Positions 1 through 12,802 of a DNA stretch of 64,000 nt are shown here, piece by piece (position 1 is the first letter of the stretch; each line of letters starts with the position of its first letter). The notes beneath the pieces were generated by a model that worked only from the letters and a program-made list of their open reading frames with translations, searched no databases and was not told the origin of the DNA. The stretch is taken from the NCBI GenBank assembly GCA_036172245.1, contig JAYWIR010000015.1:2728001-2792000 (forward strand). The letters are read 5' to 3'. Position numbers and translations under genes: made by a program. The stretch comes from Raillietiella orientalis (taxonomy: Eukaryota).

Positions 1-2011
1 CTCTTGCTGTGGGTTCTCCGAGACAAGTCGGTTCCCCCCCCTCTCCCTTGGAGCTTCTGCTCCTCGACCCCTCATTTTTCCTCGGAGAGTCTGAAAGTCA
101 GCAGAGCTAGGGCGTTGCGACGAGTCGGTCTGGGGGGAGGGATCCTCCTCATGTGCTATCTGATCTCCAGGGACTTCCATTCTAGGACCATCCCTCGGCT
201 TGAGGCTTCGCAGGGATGGAATTCGTCGTGGGTCATCGGACGCTTCAGGGAATTTCGCTTTCGTCCCTTTGCGATCTCTGGAAATCTCCCCCGGTGGATC
301 CTTCCGAGGATCTTCTCTGTCTTCCCATCTTTGCCTCTCTCCCTTTCCCGCTCCCTTCCCTCCTTCCATTCCTTCCGGAAGCCGTGAGCGGAGAACCCAA
401 CTGCCCGTCGGCTCTCCCTTGGGACGTCTGGAGGCGCACCCTTGCACCGTCCTTACCCGCGAGAGGGGATTCTGCGTTCCGGGAGAGGACGGGAATAGCA
501 CGCTTCGCCTTGAACGAAGGAGAGGGAGAGAAGGAACATCCCTGTCCAACACCGAAGGTGGTCTGCCATTCCTGCCGTCTCCCGGCTTCCTTTCCTTATC
601 ACTCCATTAAACAGGACAAACGGGAGCTCTTCCCTCCCGGAGGAGGAGCCGCTTCTTGCCCATCCGGGAGTTCCGTCGAGGGCGGTATTCCAGGGAAAGG
701 GTGTTTGGGGAGGGGAGAGGTTCGGTGAACCCGGAGATCCCCTGTCGGCGGACCGGAGTCGTCCCTTTTCCGCCATTCATCCCGGATCTTGAGAAAAAGG
801 AAGAGGGGTAGATGGAAGGAAGGCAAAAAGAAAAAAAAAATTCCCGAACCTCACCCCCATTCCCGTCCAGAAGCCGAATCGGGAATGGGGGTGGGATCTT
901 CAGGTGGTGAGCAATGTGCCGCTCCCTAACCGATTCCTGTTGCGCCTGCTTTCCCGGAAAGGAGGAGCTCTCTCCAGCTGACATGACCAAGGAAATCGCG
1001 GGAGCGGCGAAGGCGGACTGGTAAAAGAGCCAGTAGTGTTTGCCCTTTCCTCCCCTTTTTATCCCAGGAGACCGGAGCGGAGGGGAGGGAAAGAGGAGGA
1101 GGAGCGGAAATCATCTGCGTTGGCGCCTTCTTACCTCCCGCTGCCCCCCTCCTATCCCCAGCACTTCCCTCGGACGCAGGAGAGATGGGAGGAAGGGAGA
1201 GCCTCTGCTTTTCCGCCCGTCCCGTCCCAGCCCTACCGCTTTCCTGGTCTTCCGAGCAGACTCCACTACGGGGCCTTCTGTGCTCTCCTTTCGATGGGGA
1301 AGAGACCCCTCGACCCCAATCTCTGAGCAGAAAAGGGAAGGGGGAAGAAAGCAGGGGAGGATGGGGAGACGCTGGGGATGCCTCCTCCCTTCCTGCCGAG
1401 CGTCATTTTCTCTCCCTTTGCATCTCCTGGCAGGAAGAGGGGAGTGAGAATAGGTTCGACGTGGGAAGAGGAACTGGACATCGTCCACTCCTCCTGAAGG
1501 AGGGGAAGGGGGTTCATCGTCATTATCATCACTCCGATTATTCCCAGTGCCTTCCCAGATCATCTCTTGGGTACATCCGGGGAAGTCAGGGAGGAGGGGG
1601 AGCAGGAAGAGATCCCTTTCCATGAGGTCAGCTGGTCGACGGGATGCGTCCAGGGGATCCTCGGTGGCGGCTGCGTAGGGCCCTTCCGGGTGGAGTAGGA
1701 GATGTCACAGGTGCTCCTCACCTCTCGTCCCTTTCCTGCCTCTTCGTCTGGACCCTTCCTTCCGCCGCAAGCTAGCAGGGATGAAAGGAAAGAAATCTCC
1801 GGGCTGCGAAGCGAGTCCTCGGGGACAGTTCGGGGGGGTTGGGGGTTGGGTGGTTCCTGCCCCCGAAGGACAGAGCAGGCGGAAGAAGGACTGAAGTCGG
1901 GACGGGGGGCGAGGATGCGCTTCTTTCTTTCCCCTTCCTCCTCCTCTCCCTCCCCTGTCCCTCCCTTCCCTTCTCCCCATCACTGCGTGGCAGGCGGGGA
2001 GAGCTTCCACT

Positions 2012-2017
2012 TTTATT
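2012..2017 (-). terminator. Polyadenylation signal AATAAA of FoxC
   Basis: tttatt on the plus strand is AATAAA on the minus strand, about 40 nt after the FoxC stop, in otherwise GC-rich sequence. Confidence 0.6.
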
Positions 2018-2055
2018 GGGACTTTTATGAGGGGGAGAGGGGAGGGGGGCCGGGG

Positions 2056-3438
2056 CTAGTAGAAGGGGACGCGCTCCTGGTGAAATCCGAGAGGGCACAC
2101 CGGGTGAGGAGCGTTCCCCGGGCTGGAGGCCGTCGCCACCGCCGTGGAGGCGAACAGAGGATCCCTCGAGATTTCGGGAAGGGCTGGCGCGCAGCTGTCC
2201 AGGTGATGGGTGGGCGCGGAGCACCAGGAAAGCTGGGAGGGGCACAGGTGGTGGTGGTGCTGCTGCTGGTGGTGGTGGTGGTGCTGCTGGTGATGCTGTT
2301 GTTGTTGGTGGTGGTGATGCTGCTGCTGCTGCTGCTGCTGCTGGAGGTGCTGCTGGTGAAGGTGGTGGAGATGGTGGAGGTGGTGGTGGTCGTCGAGACC
2401 GGCCTGAATACCCCCTAGGGCCTTGTCCGCGCCCTCGAACGGATTGTGACCAAAGGCGTCGTTGCAGTATCCGCCGCCGCCGCCGGGGGGGGAAGGCGGT
2501 GCCGCGCCGAACATCTCGCGCGCCTCGGGGAAGCTGCTCTCGGGGGTCGCCGCCGCCGCTGCTGCCGCCGCCGCCGCTGCCGCCAGGAAGTGGAAGCGCC
2601 CGTCCGGGTCGCCCCTTCCTGGGTCGTGGGAGGGGTCCGGGTCGGCCAGGTAGGCGTCCAGGGAGGGGAGGAACCAGTCCAGTCTCTTGTCCTGAGACGG
2701 AGGGGGGAGGGAGAGAGGAGGGGAAAGGGGCGCCGAAGGCACCACGGCAGCCGGAGGAGGGGCCGCGGCGGGGCCGCGGCCTCGCTCCCCTCCTGGGCGC
2801 GGCGGCGGGGCCTCCCTCTCGAGTCTCGGGAGCTCTCCTGACCAGGGCCCCCCTCCTCCGGGTCCTCCCCCTTCCCCCGGGGGGCGGCGCTCTCCTCCTC
2901 CCGGCCCCTCCCCTTCCGCGGTGCCTCCCCCCGGGGGTCCGGGGTCCCCTCTTTCCTTGGCGTGCTTCTTCTTGAACCTCCTCCTGCGGCGCAGGTACGA
3001 GCCGTTGTCGAACATGTTGACCGAGTCCGGGTCCAGGGTCCAGAAGCTGCCCTTTCCTGGCTTGCGGTCGTCCCGGGGGATGCGCACGAAGCACTCGTTG
3101 AGGCTCAGGTTGTGCCGGATGGAGTTCTGCCACCCCTGCTTGTTCTCCCGATAGTAGGGGAAGCGGTCCATGATGAACTGGTAAATCCCGTTGAGGGTGA
3201 CGCGGCGCTCGGGGGCGCTCTGGATCGCCATGGTGATGAGGGCGATGTAGGAGTAGGGGGGCTTCACCATATCCTTGGCGGCGGCGGCGGCGGGAGGGAG
3301 GAACCGGGGAGGGGCCACGGGGGTAGCGGCAGCCGCCGACGCGACGACCCCGCCGCCGCCGCACGAGTATCCCGGGGGCACGCCCGCGGGGGGGTTGCAG
3401 CAGCCTCCCCCTCCTTGTTCCCCGAACAGAGCGTGCAT
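2056..3438 (-). CDS. FoxC: Forkhead box transcription factor, FoxC subfamily (crocodile-like), ~460 aa, apparently single exon
   Basis: The forkhead domain at ~2965-3276 reads [19 protein letters not shown]...[73 protein letters not shown] and [10 protein letters not shown] are FoxC hallmarks. The start is placed at the ATG at 3438 (MHALFGEQ) because it resembles the arthropod croc N-terminus (MHTLFS..). Stop TAG is at 2056-2058, followed ~40 nt later by AATAAA. Confidence 0.93.
   Translation of the reverse strand: MHALFGEQGGGGCCNPPAGVPPGYSCGGGGVVASAAAATPVAPPRFLPPAAAAAKDMVKPPYSYIALITMAIQSAPERRVTLNGIYQFIMDRFPYYRENKQGWQNSIRHNLSLNECFVRIPRDDRKPGKGSFWTLDPDSVNMFDNGSYLRRRRRFKKKHAKERGDPGPPGGGTAEGEGPGGGERRPPGEGGGPGGGGPWSGELPRLEREAPPPRPGGERGRGPAAAPPPAAVVPSAPLSPPLSLPPPSQDKRLDWFLPSLDAYLADPDPSHDPGRGDPDGRFHFLAAAAAAAAAAAATPESSFPEAREMFGAAPPSPPGGGGGYCNDAFGHNPFEGADKALGGIQAGLDDHHHLHHLHHLHQQHLQQQQQQQQHHHHQQQQHHQQHHHHHQQQHHHHLCPSQLSWCSAPTHHLDSCAPALPEISRDPLFASTAVATASSPGNAPHPVCPLGFHQERVPFY
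2248..2388 (-). repeat. CAG/CAC trinucleotide tract encoding the His/Gln-rich region of FoxC
   Basis: (ctg)n/(gtg)n on the plus strand; translates to [47 protein letters not shown]. Confidence 0.9.
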
Positions 3439-3499
3439 TTCTTCCCGACACAACCCGGTCCGAGCAGCTCCTCCGACGCACTGGCAGGGGAACGGCAGC

Positions 3500-3900
3500 C
3501 GGCGGCGACGGGCGGCGGCGATGTGCTCCGCGCGCGCGCGCGCTCCCGAGTGGGAGAGGCGGGCGTGCAGGGAGGAGGGAGCGGACGGGGAAGAGAGAGA
3601 GGGAGAGAGAGAGGGCGGGGGCGCGGCGGCGGTTGAGGACGCGCGCGACGCGCGCGTGGGGAGGGAAAAGAAGGGAGGGGGGAGACCGGACCGGGTCGGG
3701 GGAGGAGTATGGCAGGGTCGGAGCGGCAGCGGCGGAGGCGGCGGAGGGAGGGGGAGAGGGAAGTGGAAGTGGGGAGGAGGACGGACGGAGGACGGCGACG
3801 CGCGCGCGACGGCGGCGCGCCGCCCATTGGAGGCTTCCGCCGCGAGCGACCCCGCCCCTTTCGCGCACGCGCGCGCGCCCGCCTTGTGGCTGCGAGCGCG
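3500..3900 (-). promoter_or_regulatory. Probable FoxC 5'UTR/proximal promoter, CpG-dense
   Basis: Minus-strand CCAAT at 3826-3830, GC box (ccccgccc) near 3851, (CG)7 run at 3529-3543 and further cgcgcgcg runs immediately upstream of the ATG. Confidence 0.45.
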
Positions 3901-6039
3901 CGCGACGTTTCTCTCTGCCATCGCCGGTGGGCGGAGCGTCGCCCCTCGCGACGACGAAGACACCGACGCCGACGACGCGGCTTCTTCGTCTCATCCCTCT
4001 CCCCTCCCCTCTCCTTCCCACCCCACTTTTCCGCCACAGAGGGGCGCGCGACTTCCGCCGCTGCGGCGAGAAAGGTGCGGTTGGGGGGTTCGGGGAGAGA
4101 AGGGGGAGGGAGGAGGGATCGATCGAGCGCCTTCCCTCGGCTGAGTCTGCTCATCCCCCCGTCTTCGGATGCTGGGAGTGGCCGGCGTCGCGCATCCCCC
4201 AGGCCAGGTAGGGTGCCTCCGGGGGGCGAGGGGGAGAGGAGGAGACGGCTTACTCCGTCCGCATGAGCGATCCCTTCTTCGCCCCTGCCGAGAAGGGACG
4301 CATGGGAGCGATCGAAGGGTGGAGGACCGCGCATGAGGGGGAGGAGGCTTTCTGTCCTCTCCCCCTCCTCCTCCTCCTCCTCGTTCTTCTTCTCTTCCTA
4401 TTCCTCCTCGCTTTCCCTCCAGGAGTCCCTGGAAAGGGCAACGCGGGAGCGTTCCAGGATCCTGGGAACGAGAAGACGCCCCGCGGAGCGCCTTGGCGGA
4501 AGTTGAGGGTTCTCGGGTTCCCCGAGAGGCGCATCTTCCCCGGGGAGTGTCAGCCAGGAGCAGCAAGTCCTCGAGGACTCGCCTTTCCTCTCTCCCTCCT
4601 CCTCCCTCGGCCCTTCCAGCCGAGGGTTCTTCGCGGAGGGGGCAGCGGAACGAGGGAGGGAGCGCGGCGCCGGGAACGGTCCCGTTGTCGCGCCCCTTCG
4701 CAAAGGACGGACTTCTCCTCCCTTCTACCCCCCCCCCTCCACTCTGGGATGGGCGATCGGGTCCATCCTCTCCCCTCCTGATTTCGCGCGCCCGCTCGGT
4801 ACCCTCTCGAGGAGGAGGGAAAGGGGAGGGAAACGCGCTCGCCGCCGCCGGGGATTCCCTCTCCGGAGAAAGCCAGTGCATTCTTCCCGACGCCCTCCCG
4901 TTCGGATTCCGGGAGGGAAGGGAGGGAGGGGGAACTTGGTAGCGCGACTCCCACGCAGGGGAGAGGAGGAGAAAGGGGGAACTCGAGGAGGGACTGCGTG
5001 CACCTCGCCCCCGCTCTCTTCACCGCTCGACCTTCCCACCCGAATCCCGATGGGTTCCCGATGGCGGCAGGCAGCCCGTCTTGATCCCGGAGGACGGAGA
5101 GGGAGGGACCGTCCACTCCCCAGAGAAACGAAATCGTCTCCCGGACGGATCGATACGGGCGCAAGCGCGATCCTCCTCCCCTCCTCCCCTCTCTTCCTTC
5201 CTCTTCGGGAATGATGCCGGGACGCTTCGCCTTTTCCTACGGCTCCGTAGACTGCTGCTCCTGTTCCCGGGCCGCTTCCGCCCTGTAGTCTCTCCCTCCC
5301 TCGCCCCTGCCCGGTAGTCCCAAAAGGAGGCGGGAGAAGGGACGGCAGTTGCTATCGACGGAGCCCGCCTCTACGAAGGAGAGAGTGGGAAACGCCGGGT
5401 GGAGAGCGGTTCGTCTAGGCGAGGGGAAGGGTTCCTGATTTCCATTCCTCCTGTCTCCGGGAGTCCCTGCGAGGGACCCACCCGAAGGGGAGCTCGAGGG
5501 TGACGGGGGGATATGTACGGTGCTTTCTTGATAGCCCCTCCGACCGCTCCGCCTTTCGTGGCCTTCCGGGAAGCGCAGGAGGACTCGCATCCGGCATCCG
5601 GGGATTGGAGGATTCCTCTTCCCCTTCAGGGAACGCTTCCGGAGACCCCGTTTCTTCGGCGAATAGGTGCGAGGAAAGGGGGGAGAAAGGGTGGCGGAGT
5701 AGGGAGTTGGAAGGAGGGCAGGGGAGTTTTACCCAAGGAAAGAGGCAATCGAGGGAGGGGGAAGGGGAGCGATGGGAGCGGCCCGAGAGCTCGCGGCGCG
5801 ACGACCTCGGTGGTCCTGCTGCTGCCGTGGCGCCCATGAGCGGCCCATCCCAGTAGCAAGGAAGACCGGGTGTGGCGGAGGAGAGCCGGCAGAACGCTTA
5901 GACTTCCCCTTTTGCCCGCCGCCCTTCTCTCTTCTCCCTCTCTTCCCCTCCCCACTCCTTGCGAAAGCGAAACTTCTCGGTATCCCGGCGTAGCGTCCTC
6001 TACTCTGGGATGCGCCGTTTCCCTGGCGACGGCGGTTTC

Positions 6040-6871
6040 GTAAACAAACACCTCCGTTCGGAACCTCCGAGGGAGACGGCAACCTGCCTAACGACGGGCG
6101 CGCGAGAGCTTTTACGACGGTGTTGCCTGGTAACGCGGGCGGCAGAGGCGGCAGACGGGCTGGTTTCTTTCGCAGCCTTGCGTCGGGATAACGACGGATG
6201 GGATTACAGGAGAAAAAGCGCGTTCTACCGGGGGGTCTCCTTCCTGCCCGTCTCCAGGTTACCGACCGCGGTCCCTGCGCCTCCTCCTCCCTTCCCCGCC
6301 TCGACATGCGTTCGTTTTGTCTCCGGCACCTCTCCTTCCCCAATTCCACCATGTCTCCCGGTTCCCCCTCCCTCACGCACGTCCACCTGGCCCTCCTGCA
6401 GGTTGGATCCTCGTCCTCGTCCCGACTTCTTTCCGAAGTAGAACGACCAGGATGAGACGCTTCCTAGGGGACCAGGGTAGAGGGGGGGAATGTGTCCCGT
6501 GGACGTGAGAATCCGGTCTTCCCCTCCTATCTTCCACCGCCGCCGAACCCGCCGTCGGGATTAGTGGAGGAACGCGGGATCAGTGGGGAAGACGCGACCT
6601 CTCGAAGAAGGGTCGCGGGATCCCTTCGATGGGGTCGCGAGCGGTCCCCCGCTCCGTGAGGGAGGGAGAGAGAGGTGGAGGGGAGTGTGTTAAGGGGAAG
6701 AGAGGATGGAAAACGGGAAGAGCGAGCGCTCTCTCGAGGGACCTCGCCTCCCGAGTTTGTTTACGCGCTTGGGAAATCCCCACGTTCGACCCGTCCCTTC
6801 TTCCCGTCGCCTCCTCCATCTCCTTCTCCCTGTTCTTCTCCCTCCCTTCCTCACCTCTTCCCGTGTAAACA
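6040..6871. promoter_or_regulatory. Candidate FoxC upstream enhancer with forkhead sites
   Basis: GTAAACAAA at 6040-6048, TTTGTTTAC at 6756-6764, GTAAACA at 6865-6871, and TTTTACGAC at 6110-6118. Confidence 0.4.
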
Positions 6872-9800
6872 CCGGTGGGAGCAGGGAGGGAGGGTCCCGG
6901 GATAATCTGTACGCCGCACACTGCGGGGAGAGGGGATAAGATGGAGGAACGCGCGCAGATGCACTTGGTTGCCTCCAGGAAGGGAAGAAGGGAGGGGAAG
7001 GGTGGGAGGTCGGGTGAACAGGCGGGAAGGGTGGCTTCTCGTGGAGGAGGGGTGGGTGCAAGCGCGTTCGGAGGATGAGTTGGAGGAGCAAGAAAGGAGC
7101 GGCTCAGAAAGCCAGCAAGGTTCCTGGGGAAGCGCGCAGCTTCCTTTCTTTCTCGCTCTTCTCGGGACTGGAGCCATTCCCGTGACAAACGTCCCTCCCT
7201 TTTTACAGGAAACGGAGGAGGGCGGAACAGTGAGCGCGGACGACAGAACAGAGCGGTCACGACTCCGCACGCGCGTGCGCGCCGGGGTCGAGGAACGCCG
7301 TGGAGAGGAAGGCTGGGGGAGGTGAAGAGGGGGAGGGAGAGTGTGGCACGGTTCCGAAAGCAGCGGCCTCTCTTCCCTACTCCTCCTCTCTCTCTCTCTC
7401 TTCTTTTTCTCCTCCCCACCCCACCGTCGTCTCCCGAGGTCGCCTTCGCGTGAGCACGCTGCGCGACCTGCCGCCGCGGCGCCATGTGTCCGGCGGCGCC
7501 TCCAGTTCGCCGCTGCCGCCAGCGTCGCACTCCCGTTTCCATGGAGGTAGGCCTTGCCGTGCTTCCCTCCTTCTCTCCCCTCTCCCCCCCGGCCACTCGC
7601 TGCGGCCGCAGCTCCGCCTACGGGTTTGTGCTAGTGGCTCGTTTCCCTCCGCTATTTTCCGCCGTAGCCAGGGAATAGGGATGCAGCAGAGCGGAAGGAG
7701 CAGCATTTCTCTAGCTAGCTCCGGAAAGAGGAACGGGACAAGCCCTGCCGCTACCCGGGAACTGCGGATCTTCTCGACTTGGGGAAGACGCGACTTCCCC
7801 GGAGGGTGTCCATCCTTTCCTTCTACGGGCGCCGGGAACAGCAAACGGACTCTTTTCTACCCCAAGTTGTCGCGAGCAGCCGATTCTCCTCTTCCATTCC
7901 TCAGAATTCCCCCTCGGGGTATTGCGGCACCTGGAGCTGTCGCTCCTGGAGGTAGTGCCGCGCGCAAGAAGCAGCAGAGCCGAGGGACTACCAGGGTGAC
8001 TCGGGCATTCCGGGATCTCCACTAGCGGAAGATCGGAGGTTCCTCCTCCGGAAAAAAGAGCTCTCTCGTTTGTCAGGAAAGGTTCCACGTTTCCCCTTTG
8101 AACTCTCCACCCTTACCCAGTCCTTCGAAGGGATGGCGGTTCGAGGGCCGATCGAATGAGGGTCCTCCAAGACGTCGGAGGTGGAAACGGCGACCGACAC
8201 GGTTCGCAACCGCGTGCCGTCGCCCCTGATTACCAGCCAGCGGGGCGAGATGTAAGAGACACAGCACCGGGACCTTCTCTCCCGTCATTTGAATCGGAAG
8301 CACGGATTGCATAGGGTCGCTCACTGCTGTGCCACCACAGGGATGGAACCACAGTCGCTGGGAGCAGTTCCAAACTCACACGCGATTAGCGCCTTGGCGT
8401 GGGAGAGGGAGAAAGAAGGGGAGGGGAAAGGAAGTGACCCGCGTGTCACTAGACCTGTCCTGAGCCATCCTAATCAAACTTTTTAGGAGGATACAGCGCT
8501 ATGACTGAAACTCTCTTGTCTATGCAGCAACGCGGAGCAAGAGGGGAGAGCAGGTTCGCATTCTCAGCTTTTCCGATTCCCGTCCTTCTCCTCCTTTCCG
8601 TGCAGCCGCCTTCCCGACTATTCAGTGACTGCACAGTGACCTTTCTGGGAAGGAAGGGGAGTAGTGGGGCAAGAAAGCCGCGCTCGTTACCCCATTAGAA
8701 AAAGCGAGGCTTCAAGGAATAAGGGGAAGGTGGAGGTACCTAAGGCGACACTCGGTGTGCGTGGGTTCATCCCGTCCTTCCCCTGCTCTTGTCTCGTGCC
8801 CGTCCATAAGGAATCCGGAGAGGACGAAAAGTTGCAGTGAGCGAGGTTTAACCCTCACCCTGTCAGGTGGCCTCTGGCATACGCCTCGCCGGAGAGACCA
8901 CGGGGTTTTCTACCTAGGCGGGATCGACTGGTCCATTCGGTAGGTGGGAGTTTCCCGCTGCCATCGTTCCAAGGGGTGCCCTTACCCCAGCAGCAGGGTC
9001 TTGTGAGGCCACCTTTCCGAGAAGGAGTGTCGGACACTCCTGTGAGATCGGAAGTTTCCTTTCTTCTCCCCACCTCTTTTCCCTCTCCTATGGCCTGTCT
9101 GGGAAGAATTTGGCGCGGAGCGCCTTCATCATCAAAGCAGAACTCCAAGCTTTGAAGGGAAGCGGGACTTCCCGAGGAGGAGAAAGAGGAAGGGAAGGGA
9201 GGGACGCACCTTTCTCTCCGGCGAAGAGCGGGGTCTTCTGGAACTTTCGGCGAGCCTCGAGGCACGCGGCGAATCGTCGCCGCGCAGTCTTCTCGAAGAG
9301 GGGCTTCCCTCCTCCTCTTCTTGCCTTCTTGCTCCCTTCCACGAGGCTTACGGAAGCTTCCGCCAGTACGAAGGTGGGAAGGGAGGTTTGAAGGGGATTC
9401 GTTCGGTTTCTCTGCTCCCGCTAAGAACTCCCGGATGATCCTTGCTCCCCTCTGAAGGAGGAAAAAAGGAGTAGAAGGGAACAGGATCCCGGGAAGTGGG
9501 CCAGCACGCTTCGCGGGCATGCTGGCCCACTTCCCAGCAGCGGCCTGCCTCTCTTCCCTTTTTCACCTTCCTACCACCTCCAAGAGCATCAGGATGGCGA
9601 GCTTCCTGCTGTCCGCCAGGAGAAGGTTCCTGTGAACCACATTTCCTCGTTCTGACCTTTGTCCGGCTACATTCCTGTTCCCTCCATCGTACTACTCCAG
9701 GGAAAAGAGACGAATTTCGGGACAGTGATTCCCGGAGAAGCTTCTCCTGATTTCATGAAGAAGAGCAGGGCGACCTGGTCTACTGCTTTCTCTCCCATTC

Positions 9801-12800
9801 TCTCCTCCCTCAAAACACAAGTGTGCTCCCCGTAGGGAGAAGCGGGTGAAAGTTCCAGAGAAGGACGGAAAATCGGAAAGCGAGACCTGGATGTCGTATT
9901 CCTTCCTCCTCATCCACTCCCATCCGCTGCCCCTCCTTCCCATCGAGTCCAACAAGCGTGGTATGGGATGGACGAGATTTCCGAAGTCGTTCCTTGCTTA
10001 TTCCTTGAACTCATCCTCCACGACCATGCCCCCCTCCCCCCCCCCTTCCGCAAACCCAAGTGCAGGCGAGCTTAATCGTAGACAGCGAGTCCCGCTGATC
10101 TCGGCAGTGTGGCACTGACGATAGAGATTGGTCCAGAGGTTTAGATTTCCCTTCTGCTTGCTTCTTTGGACTCTTCCTTACTACCCGGTTTCTTCTTTGG
10201 CTTCCTTGAATGTCAGCACCAAACTCCTCTGCGTCTCTAGGAAGATCGCTCAGGGCCTCCTTCCAGAGAATGCACCGGAGGAGGTGAAGGCTTTCTGGTC
10301 TGCGTTACGTCACAGAGGAAGCAGTAGGAAGGGCTTGCTTTCCAGTCTTCCTCTTCCAACCTTCTACCTCTTCTTGTTCACTCTCTGGACTACAGCACGC
10401 ACGGAGGAGCAGCGCGCCTGGTTACCCAGAACATCCCCCTGTCGTTCCTTTCCCTATTTTCGAGAAGGGTCGAAATATTAACCTTTCATGACCCCTGCAA
10501 CTATCCCTCTTCGCTCTCCTGCCATCCAGTCCGGAACCTTTGAGGCTTCTCCCTAAGAGGCCTACCGGCAGGTTAAAAAGAGACACAGGAACTTCTGAGA
10601 GGTGAAGAGGAGCGTGAGGGAAAGATAAATTGCTGCCGAGGGAGGAATTCTTTGGGACCTCCCAGAGTCTTCGAAGGGGTCATGTGTCTGGAGCTGTGGG
10701 GCCAGTGGTTTCCTCTAGCGTTTTCTCTTCCCCACTTCACCTTGACCCTGAGTTCTGTGCTGGACGATCTATTCTTTACCTTGAGCCTTTCCCCTTGCTT
10801 CCTCGATTCCTTCTGATCCCCCCTTCCCTTCCTCCGCAGACTTCCTTCTCCTCTCCTCCTGACAGCGACTCCCTCCCGAGAGAACGTTCCCGATCTTTCC
10901 AGGGAGCCCACAGCCGACTCGTTCACCGAGCTCCTCCGTGGGACCGTCGCCGTTCTCCGTGCCAGGGGATCTCGGCGGATGTCGACGAGGCTTCTTGTGG
11001 ATCTGGGATGACAACGGGAAAAAATCGGGACGCCAAAACAAACAAAAGCTCAGGGAATCGTGGCAACCTGCCTGACGAATGGAGGAGTCTCTCCCCCGCA
11101 CCCTTGTGGAACGAAAGCCGGGTTCCCGGGTCGCGAGTCAGCCCAGTTTTTTCCCTAGGAAAGGTACCTGAAGAGGAGAGGAGGAGGAGGGAAGAAGAGA
11201 GGTGAAAGGGGGTGGAGGAGCAGGTGCAAGGAAGAAGGAGGAAGAAGGGGGAGACCGCGACTTCCAGGGTTCGTGGAGGACCTGCTGACACTTCTGCCCC
11301 TACCCCTCTTTCTCGTTCCCTCTTTCTCGTTTCATGCGATTGCTCACTACCCTAAAGGAGTGGCACGAGAAAGGTGAGGGAGTGAACGGAAAGTCTTGCG
11401 CGCTCGACTCAGCACGTTTCTTGGAATCCAAGAGCTGATTCCCATCTCGTTTTGCCCTCACCCCCTTGCCTTTTCCGTCCTCCTAACCAGCGCTCTCGAG
11501 GGTGGCCGTTACTCTGCTCTCGGAAGTCCTGAACATCGGAGGAGCAGAAGCCTCTTGCTGCGGTTCTCCTAACCACAGGGGAGGAGGTGGAGTTGTGAGC
11601 TCTTCCAGGAAGAGGACAGGGTTCGGCTTGAACTCGCCTCCCCCCCCCCCGCCTGCTAAGGTGCGAGGACTCCGGGGCAAAAGCATCGAGGAGAAGGGGG
11701 GAGGGAAAGAGGGGAGAGGAGGGGGGAAGCAAAAAAATGCTCCTGATGCGGAAGTGGGCCGCGCTGCACGCAGCGCTGACAGGCAGACAATGGACGGCCC
11801 AAATGTGATGACGTCACTTCCTCATCAGCGACACCCGTGACTTCGGCGTTTCCCAGCGCCCTGGGTGGTCCCCGAGTGTTGCACGGCGGTGCTCTTTTCT
11901 TCCTGTGACTCGAAGGGCCACCGATCATGGCGGCGGCCACACAGGAACCTCTCGCGAAGGCGAGGCAACCGGGGGGACGAAGAAGGAGGAAGGGAAGTGG
12001 ATGCGAGTGGAGTAGGGGAAGAGAAGGAATTTGGAAAGAAGAGTCCGTTCTTATGAGAGTGGAAGCCACATGCTGCTGTCTTCCCGATTTTCCGCTCGTG
12101 AGGGGTGGACGATCCACCTCTCTTCCTTCCCCTTCGTGAACTCTGTCATGACTGGGCAGCGGTGCCTCAAGCGGGAGTGTGCACTGTTCAGCCGCCAAAT
12201 ATCCCGAAAGAATAAAAGGGTCGAGAAAAGGGGAAAACACGCGAGTTCAGTTTCCTATCGAGATGCGAGCGGGACGAAAGCAGTGTTTCCCTCTCCTCTT
12301 TACCGCAGTTACGCTTCCTTAGAGAGTTGGTAGTGGCAGCGTGATCCTGGATGGCTCTTCTCAGGTGCAGGTTAAGTGTGATCGATTAATCAAGGCTCCG
12401 GGCGGGTAGGATGGTTGGGGTCCCTATCTCCACACTCTCATTATCCTCTGTACTCGATCTCCCGTTTCTTTTCCCCCAGTTTCCAATGGAGTTTCTTTTC
12501 TCCGAGTATGTCTTTCCGGATTTTAACGTCAATGCTATCTGGAGCTGTTCGAAAAGCGAAGAGCCGTCCCTATACCTGTCAAGTCCCTCTCTCGCCTCTC
12601 TTTCCATTCCTCAAATCGTGGAGATCTTCCTTTTCTTATGCACCTAGAACGGGAGCTCAATTCTCGTTCGTCCCGGAGCTTCTTATTTCCTTCTGCTTGC
12701 CTCTCTTACGCGCTCATTCCTAGTCTCCGTACTTCGTGTTCGGCGATGATGATTGCAACTGGGGACAAGAGGACCAGACAGGGAGACAGCTTAGATGGGA

Positions 12801-12802
12801 AA

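Noticed and set aside
2965..3276. Assignment of the left forkhead gene to FoxL1
   Set aside because: Despite the APE.RVTL similarity, [22 protein letters not shown] and [10 protein letters not shown] are FoxC features; FoxL1 has PREKGRPG and NYRRRKRK.
3439..3963. 175-codon in-frame N-terminal extension of FoxC (including an ATG near 3921)
   Set aside because: It translates CG/CT low-complexity promoter/UTR sequence and spans the CCAAT box; MHALFGEQ matches the known croc-type start.
1772..4021. 749-aa minus-strand ORF and other long ORFs overlapping FoxC
   Set aside because: Arg/Pro/Gly-rich shadow frames of a very GC-rich CDS, with no domain content.
9870..10030. RGSGW motif reminiscent of Polinton/Maverick PolB N-terminus on the minus strand
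   Set aside because: Only a 5-residue match with a stop upstream and no other polymerase motifs; a profile search would be needed.
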